Shown one piece after another: positions 58,052-64,000 of a stretch of DNA of 64,000 bases. The notes beneath the pieces are model-generated. The model saw nothing but the letters and a program-made list of their open reading frames with translations. It was not told the origin of the DNA and made no database searches. The DNA lies in contig JBCCQQ010000012.1 of assembly GCA_039024555.1 (NCBI GenBank), positions 41,347 through 105,346 of the forward strand. The letters run 5' to 3'. Origin of the DNA: Cyanobacteria bacterium P01_D01_bin.156. Lineage in GTDB: Bacteria; Cyanobacteriota; Cyanobacteriia; Phormidesmidales; Phormidesmidaceae. Numbering within the stretch: position 1 is the first letter of the stretch; every line of letters starts with the position of its first letter. A program made the translations under genes and the position numbers.

Positions 58052-59293
58052 CTATTTCAGACGGTAAACAATGTCTGTAAAGCGATCTGAATGGCGAAGT
58101 CGTTCCAATCGCTGTTTTGCGGCTCCTGATGATGAAGCTAGTAATCGATCCATCATTTCGTTTTGGCTGATGAATACGGCACCCAGTTCTCGTAAGTTAC
58201 CAACTAAGGCGGCATGGGTAGTGGGATTGAATTGACCGTTTTGGTCAGCTTTGGGTATCCAGCTAATGGTTTGTTGAAAAGAAAGTAGGTCTTTGAATCC
58301 TAGCAGCTGTAATGCGTTTTCTCGTTGCATTTGTGTACGAAGTGGACCTGCTGACTGAAGTATCCACCGTAGGCCACCTCCCAATCCTTGTATGACGACG
58401 CGGTCAAAGACCATAGCAAGGGCACGATCGCTTACCAAACCAAGATTGTGAGCAATCGGTAACATCGGCCGAAACAAGTACTCAATGGCGGTTTCGTTTT
58501 GTGCCGCCTGAAAGGTAGGAATCGCTCCTGATTTTTGAAATCGCGCTATCCATTCATCGCTCCAGAGAACATTACCACCTATAGGCTTTAATCGTGCTTC
58601 TTCAGTACTAGCGGTTGTCACTGCTAAAAGTTCAGAGGTTTGGGGGCCAAAGAGCTGAGAAAACTGATCGGTATCTCTACGCTGCATGACGGTCAATAGC
58701 TGACCTAATAATCCAGAGGCTTGCGTAAAAAGAACCAGGCCAAAGCCTAAGCCGAATTGACGCTGCTGGGCAGGCTGGTTATGTATCAGGGATTCAAGGT
58801 TGGCCGATACAGCTGTGTAGGGCGTCTCTCCTGAATCAGCGACCGCGACTTCTCGAATGATTTGATACATCTCCTGAAAGTCTAACGGAATAGCTTCTGG
58901 AGACTGAGAAGGTATCGACGGTAAGTCAGGCTCAGACCCTATCAGCATCGTATAGTCAGATAATTTAAGTGATACGTTTTCTATTTTCTCTGCTGCTGGC
59001 TGTTCTGGGGCGTTTTCTTTCCCAACTGTGTGAGCTGTGGCAAGTTCTGAAATAGGTACAGTAACCGGGATTACAGACTGAATCACGTCAGGTGGTGGGG
59101 CTGATAGCTGAAACCTAATCTTTTCATTCTGTTGATTATCGCTATCTGTGCTGCCAGGTAATTTCTCTGTAGATAGGGATTGCGATCTCACAACAACCTC
59201 TACTGGCTGCGTGATATCAGGCGGCGGCGGCGACAGCTGTGGCTTTGCTAAACCATTATTTGAATTCAAGGCTGGGCTGGCATGCATAGCCAT
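58052..59293 (-). CDS. Lysozyme-like fold protein with Pro-rich N-terminal repeats and possible peptidoglycan-binding segment
   Basis: VAVADSG..Y.AV...FGLGFGLVLFTQASG.LG.LL...F...Q...RALAMVFDR..QG.GG; LLSFQ...DQNGQFNPTT; ATG 59293 after GGAG. Confidence 0.55.
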   Translation of the reverse strand: MAMHASPALNSNNGLAKPQLSPPPPDITQPVEVVVRSQSLSTEKLPGSTDSDNQQNEKIRFQLSAPPPDVIQSVIPVTVPISELATAHTVGKENAPEQPAAEKIENVSLKLSDYTMLIGSEPDLPSIPSQSPEAIPLDFQEMYQIIREVAVADSGETPYTAVSANLESLIHNQPAQQRQFGLGFGLVLFTQASGLLGQLLTVMQRRDTDQFSQLFGPQTSELLAVTTASTEEARLKPIGGNVLWSDEWIARFQKSGAIPTFQAAQNETAIEYLFRPMLPIAHNLGLVSDRALAMVFDRVVIQGLGGGLRWILQSAGPLRTQMQRENALQLLGFKDLLSFQQTISWIPKADQNGQFNPTTHAALVGNLRELGAVFISQNEMMDRLLASSSGAAKQRLERLRHSDRFTDIVYRLK

Positions 59294-59327
59294 TACTCCA
59301 TCAAAATGAAATCTATCAAAATCGAAA

Positions 59328-62300
59328 TTACGGCTGTGTCCACCGATAGGAAATGTTGTGCATTCCATTACCGAATAAGACCAGGTCGGTTATAGCAATT
59401 CTGTCGTCGTAAATCACATTGGTGAAACGATAGTGGAACCGAACTTTGATCGCTGCAAAGCCTTCCGAAACAGCGTTCTCTTTAGATTTTTCTTGGTAGA
59501 CATTGGCATCATTCATAATGCTAGCCTCTACGTTTAGTCCAGCACCTACAGCATCGTTGGCCTTAGTAATTGAAATAGAAACATTGCCTAAAGACCTTCC
59601 ATTATATTGGAAGCTAAGCTCACTATCGACATAAATCTCATCTAGGCCACCAACAGTTCCCAGTCGTGGACCTTTGACTGTTATGATTTGCTCTTTATAG
59701 GAGGCCGATCCAGCATTTTTCTTCTGGTCAGCAGGGTATTTTATCCCCTTGAGCTGTGAAAGTTTCCAGGTTATATCTCCTTTGTTATCAAGGATGCGTG
59801 TTATCACTGCCCCAGCGATTGCTGACGTCACGCCCTCAAGGGCCTGTTGGCTATGACTATAGTGATTGCTGCTATCTTCACGGCCCCCGGCATGGAGGAC
59901 TTGAATATTGACGCTGTTAATAGCGGTTGCCTGTTCGTATTGTTGGATAAAGTTCTGGAAAGGCAAGTCGTATGTACTGCCTTGCCCTACTGGCCAAGGA
60001 TCAAGAACGCGTACATGTGTTCCTTTGATTGTGCCGTCACCATACAAGCCTGCCATGACTACTACGTGTAGGGAGGGAGTCGCTTCACCGATCCAAAGCG
60101 GTCCATTTTGCTCTAGCATTTGGCGTAGTTCACTGATGGCGTAGGAACGAGGGGTTTCGACGACTAGCTTCCAGCTGCTCGCCAAGGTGGGGACATCTTT
60201 GGGATTAAGTCCATTTTGGTAGGTAGCCCAAGGGCCTTGTCCCATCACGATGTCTTTGGCTGAAATTGAGAGGCGATCGCGCCAGCCTACTATCATGGCG
60301 GCGGCGGCGGCCCAACAAGACATTGCTGTTGGCTGCGGCAGTAGCGATACATCTTGCCAGGTCACGTCAAAGCTTTGCCCAGAGAGCATTGGAACATAGC
60401 TCTGCATGCCGTTGGTACTTACACTTGGCTGCGTGGTCGAGCGGAGATAGCATGTTCCGCTAATCACCATGCCCATGTAATAGTCCCAATCCCAAACGGC
60501 ATTTGGGCAGTCTTTGTGAGTTGTGCTAGAATCCGCTTCTACGTGGCCCAAAATATGTTGACGATCTAATGGGATGCCATAGGTGTCGGCCAGCCACCTC
60601 ACCAAAGCTGCCGAGGCACAATATTGCGCTTCCGTCGGAGGCGAGTCCGTAGTGTTTGCAATATGTTCTATACCAATACTGTCGCGATTCGCGCGATTCG
60701 CATGCCAGGCTTTATCTTTGTGCTTCACCATTTGCACAACTTCGCCATCCCTGCCAATTACATAGTGAGCACTGACCTTGGTTGTGTCTTTCTTTTGAAG
60801 CCAGCGAACCATTCCGTTTGTTGTTGCTTTCGCGCTGCTATCTGTAATGTGAATAACAATTCTGTTAATTTGTCTGTCAGTTTTTGGAGTGTATTTATCT
60901 GGATGTGCTGGTGCAAAGCGACTAGCCTGAGGATACTCTGGTTCAACAAAAGCCATGCTGTAGCTTTGCTCTTCGCTAACAACAGGAATATCTCCTACTG
61001 TTAGAATCGGCCCTTCAAACCCACGATCATCTCCTTCCTCCACAATTCCTTGCACACTAGATAAAGTGCTAGAGTTGTTGGCATAGACATAATGAGTATA
61101 AGCATCATCTGCGATTAGATGTCCTACATACTTTAATCCCCGCTTCAGGGCTACTCTGGCAATATCTCCGGCGTCACTGCGCTCTGGCAAACCATAAGTT
61201 ATTGCAATACCCGCATGATGATAAGCTGCTAAAACCAGTTCTGAGCAAATAAATGTCTTATCGGACGGGCCAAGCGTCAGGTCTGATGTACTGGGGGACA
61301 GTATTCCTGCCACTAAAGCTGTCCAACCTCCATATTCTTTTCCAACTTGCTGCTGTGCAAACGCTACAGCTTTTTGGACCTGCTGGTTTGTTATATCTGG
61401 AATCCGATAAGCAACCGCAAGTGAGGCATCTTTAAGCGCTTCAGCTAAAGTTCGTTGGACTACACCAGCTTGGCTGTAGGCTTCTACGATGTTCCCATTC
61501 CCAATATATAAAATTGCGTGGCTCACTGCTGAGCCTGTCACAAAGCGAATGCCGGTCGCTGTCCAGCTCTGTGTAGTGGTTAGAATAAGATCGCCAGCGA
61601 TAAGAGATTGCTGATCGATGGAACGACCGCCTTTACCTGGATCGAGCGGAATTTGGAGTACCTTTAGGGGTGGCTCTGGTTCTGGAGAAAGTGTTTTTCT
61701 TGAAGGTAGCTCTTTAGATGGTATTTCCTCTGGAATTGGCTCATTATAGGGGTCACCTGCATCTGAATCTATTAAACCATCGGCATCTTGCGCGCTGTAC
61801 CACAAAGAATCATCATAGCCATCGTCATAGACAAAGGCTCTCACAGACTGACTTTCTGTTGCTGGCTGAATAGAGCTATCTGGTTCATCTGATGAAGAAA
61901 CAATAGTTGGTTTCTCATTTATAATTCTCTCTATTTCTCCTGGCTCTGCAATGTCACCACCCCATTCCAACGAAGTGCGATCGCCATTCTCCGCATAGCT
62001 CTTTCCATTATTCACCGAACCCATTCGCCGATTCGGTATTTCCATCAGCCGTCGATTATTACCAGAAAAAGTATTAGAGATCCGAATATACGGCATTGCT
62101 TTCGGATCAATACGCACCACCTCTGGATTGCTAAAATTAGGCTGTGAATAAACGGCCAATGCATAGTAAAGCCGAGACTGCCCCACAAACCTTGCCATCG
62201 CAGTAGGCGGAATCAGGTAAACCGCTTCTCCCTTTTCCGCAGGCAACAACCCTACAGCACGGCTCGAATAGAAATTTGAAGAAGTACGTCTTGACTTAGC

Positions 62301-62441
62301 ATCCGTCCCAAAAAACAGAGTTGGATCGCTCGCGACAGCGACTTCTATCCAAGCAGGACTGATCCCAGTGCGGATGGTAAATCCCATAACTGGAAATTGT
62401 CGACTCACTTCCTGACGATTGGCCTGAATCAACGCTGGCAT
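59328..62441 (-). CDS. Multidomain hydrolase: unknown N-domain + permuted papain-like C92 (YiiX/YebB) + N-acetylmuramoyl-L-alanine amidase (Amidase_2) + AvrRpt2/C39-like cysteine protease + unknown C-domain
   Basis: GDLILTT...SHAILY...FICSELV; IVIHIT...SAHYVI...AWHA...SIGIEH...ILGH...DCP; QPTAMSCWAAAAAM...HVVV...VLDPWP; GAGGA RBS; no signal peptide. Confidence 0.9.
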   Translation of the reverse strand: MPALIQANRQEVSRQFPVMGFTIRTGISPAWIEVAVASDPTLFFGTDAKSRRTSSNFYSSRAVGLLPAEKGEAVYLIPPTAMARFVGQSRLYYALAVYSQPNFSNPEVVRIDPKAMPYIRISNTFSGNNRRLMEIPNRRMGSVNNGKSYAENGDRTSLEWGGDIAEPGEIERIINEKPTIVSSSDEPDSSIQPATESQSVRAFVYDDGYDDSLWYSAQDADGLIDSDAGDPYNEPIPEEIPSKELPSRKTLSPEPEPPLKVLQIPLDPGKGGRSIDQQSLIAGDLILTTTQSWTATGIRFVTGSAVSHAILYIGNGNIVEAYSQAGVVQRTLAEALKDASLAVAYRIPDITNQQVQKAVAFAQQQVGKEYGGWTALVAGILSPSTSDLTLGPSDKTFICSELVLAAYHHAGIAITYGLPERSDAGDIARVALKRGLKYVGHLIADDAYTHYVYANNSSTLSSVQGIVEEGDDRGFEGPILTVGDIPVVSEEQSYSMAFVEPEYPQASRFAPAHPDKYTPKTDRQINRIVIHITDSSAKATTNGMVRWLQKKDTTKVSAHYVIGRDGEVVQMVKHKDKAWHANRANRDSIGIEHIANTTDSPPTEAQYCASAALVRWLADTYGIPLDRQHILGHVEADSSTTHKDCPNAVWDWDYYMGMVISGTCYLRSTTQPSVSTNGMQSYVPMLSGQSFDVTWQDVSLLPQPTAMSCWAAAAAMIVGWRDRLSISAKDIVMGQGPWATYQNGLNPKDVPTLASSWKLVVETPRSYAISELRQMLEQNGPLWIGEATPSLHVVVMAGLYGDGTIKGTHVRVLDPWPVGQGSTYDLPFQNFIQQYEQATAINSVNIQVLHAGGREDSSNHYSHSQQALEGVTSAIAGAVITRILDNKGDITWKLSQLKGIKYPADQKKNAGSASYKEQIITVKGPRLGTVGGLDEIYVDSELSFQYNGRSLGNVSISITKANDAVGAGLNVEASIMNDANVYQEKSKENAVSEGFAAIKVRFHYRFTNVIYDDRIAITDLVLFGNGMHNISYRWTQP

Positions 62442-62595
62442 GTTGTTTCCTCAGTATTGTCGTACTACACTTTAAGAGAGGTATCGAAGAATGCTTGCTG
62501 CCCACCCACTTAAGCTCTGTAATATTTCTTATATATGTGATCTGTAAATTTTCTATTGCCTGTGAAAAAGCATAAGTTGACTAACAAAGTTGGAT

Positions 62596-62624
62596 AGTCG
62601 GGAAAAAGTCAGGAAAAAGTCAGA
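62596..62624. promoter_or_regulatory. 11-bp-period direct repeats (AGTCRGGAAAA x2 + AGTCAGA) upstream of the operon; candidate regulator-binding site
   Basis: agtcgggaaaa agtcaggaaaa agtcaga; a TATGCT -10-like hexamer lies about 20 nt downstream on the minus strand. Confidence 0.55.
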
Positions 62625-62797
62625 TCGCGAGATTATTTCTCAGCTTTTAGAGATACAAACCCTTTGTCCTTAAAAGAGATCAGCATCATGTAAAGTTCCA
62701 TAAGATCGTCTTGAAAGCTTAATCATATATTTGGTTTTGTTGCATTCAGTGAATTTTATTTAATTTGTTGTTTCGCAATATTGAGATGCGCAGCCTG

Positions 62798-64000
62798 TTA
62801 TTGTTTATCGGTCGGCTTCTGGACAGCACCTAAAATTGTCAGAGTTGATTTCTGGGCATCGGTTAAACCAGAAACAGACTGAATGTTCATGTCTTTGTAA
62901 GGTCGGGGAGCTCGTAGAACTTTCAGGCATTCAAGTGTATCGATATCCCATACCCTTACAGTTTCATCATGGCTAGCACTGGCTAGCATTTTGTGATCAG
63001 AACTGTAAGCGACCGAAGACACCATATTCTCATGACCTATCAGCGTCTTTAGACATTCAAAGGTGGTCGCGTCCCAGAGTTTGATGGTGTGGTCATGACT
63101 ACTACTGACAAATGTCTGACCATTGGGAGTAAAGCAAATTGCACTGATATGTCCCCCATGCCCTTTCACAACGCGGAGAGGCTTATCGGCATCAAGGCTC
63201 CAAAGTATCAAATCCCCATGGGACCCTCCACTGACCATTGTCTGACCATCAGGGCTAAAGGTCAGTTCACTCATCCAATCTGTATCTATCTGAAAGCTTT
63301 TCAGACATTGTCCAGTACTGGTATCCCACAGCTTTATTGATTTATCGATGCTGCTCGTAACCAAAAAACGACCATCGGGGCTAAAGCTAAGGCCAAAAAC
63401 CCAACCTTGATGCCCCCGCAGCGTTTTTAAGCATGTGCCTGTTTGCCAATCCCATAGCCTGGCCGTATGGTCAAAACTACTCGTGGCCAGGTGTTGTCCA
63501 TCAGGGCTAAACGCAATTTGCCAAATTTGTCCTTCATGGCCTTCCAGTATCTTAGTAAGGTCATGAGTTTCCAGATTCCATACGTAGATGGTGTTACCCG
63601 CAGCACTTGCTAATAATGGTTCCACTGGATGATGGGTGAGGGCATGGACATATCTGGAATGTCCTTTAAGAGAGCGATGACAGGTCTCTGTCTCTAAATC
63701 CCAAATCCTGACAATTTGCTCCTGCCCGCCACAGGCTAATGCCGCAGTATTGGGGATAAATGTAACCGACCAATTGACCTGAGGGTAACCCCTAAACGTT
63801 TTGAGACATTGCCCTGACTCCACCGACCACAGCTTAATCGATTGGTCGTCACAGGATGCCAGGATAGATGACTGTGTTTGAAAGGCAATCGACCATACCC
63901 GCGATGTGAAACCTTGCAGCGTTCTCAGACATTGCCCCGTTTCTGCATCCCAAATCCTGACCGTTTGATCTTCACCCGCACTGGCGATTAAGTGGCCATC
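62798..64000 (-). CDS. WD40-repeat C-terminus of a probable NB-ARC/NACHT (STAND) protein; partial, runs off the right edge
   Basis: Frame open to 64000 (DGHLIASAGEDQTVRIWD...); many GH...WD repeats; tail PRPYKDMNIQSVSGLTDAQKSTLTILGA is typical of cyanobacterial NB-ARC/NACHT-WD40 proteins. Confidence 0.88.
   Translation of the reverse strand, partial: DGHLIASAGEDQTVRIWDAETGQCLRTLQGFTSRVWSIAFQTQSSILASCDDQSIKLWSVESGQCLKTFRGYPQVNWSVTFIPNTAALACGGQEQIVRIWDLETETCHRSLKGHSRYVHALTHHPVEPLLASAAGNTIYVWNLETHDLTKILEGHEGQIWQIAFSPDGQHLATSSFDHTARLWDWQTGTCLKTLRGHQGWVFGLSFSPDGRFLVTSSIDKSIKLWDTSTGQCLKSFQIDTDWMSELTFSPDGQTMVSGGSHGDLILWSLDADKPLRVVKGHGGHISAICFTPNGQTFVSSSHDHTIKLWDATTFECLKTLIGHENMVSSVAYSSDHKMLASASHDETVRVWDIDTLECLKVLRAPRPYKDMNIQSVSGLTDAQKSTLTILGAVQKPTDKQ

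Larger units (their letters stand above)
162..60280. other. Dispersed HIP1 octamers (GCGATCGC) indicating a cyanobacterial host
   Basis: Examples at 162, 6941, 36911, 47537, 48227 and 60273. Confidence 0.9.

Noticed and set aside
46034..62441. Interpretation as eCIS/T6SS, prophage, gas vesicle or R-body locus
   Set aside because: No recognisable sheath, tube, VgrG/PAAR, baseplate, terminase, GvpA or Reb motifs. Remote structural homology cannot be excluded without a search.
1..64000. rRNA, tRNA, integrase or complete IS elements
   Set aside because: None recognised by eye.

Overview
Cyanobacterial accessory DNA: HIP1 octamers GCGATCGC recur throughout and the gene families are typical of filamentous cyanobacteria. 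There are three blocks. (1) 1-5.7 kb: a SpvB/TcdB-type (Tc toxin B-component) ORF running off the left edge, which the ORF track missed, plus a small gene and a membrane-anchored WD40 protein. (2) 6-45 kb: a secreted-protease and surface-protein island. It holds a TpsB-TpsA-TpsA two-partner secretion unit (one TpsA carries an inserted vWA domain), four TPR-CHAT genes (one broken), a sigma-70-like / DUF1822 / CHAT-CHASE2 / DUF928 module, a Tat-exported caspase-like protease, a subtilase with a PrcB-like partner, a PEP-CTERM protein and several gene remnants. (3) 46-62.4 kb, the best candidate for an undescribed system: a tightly coupled 12-gene minus-strand operon. It encodes four paralogues of one unknown helix+beta-hairpin family, two paralogues of a second unknown helical family, two small Trypco2-like proteins, a signal-less S8 protease, a DMATS/ABBA-prenyltransferase-like protein, a lysozyme-like protein and a multi-hydrolase polyprotein with recurring linker motifs. 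The operon lies downstream of 11-bp direct repeats and a NACHT/NB-ARC-type WD40 gene, and ends at mobile-element debris. All family calls come from motif recognition by eye; no database search was run.
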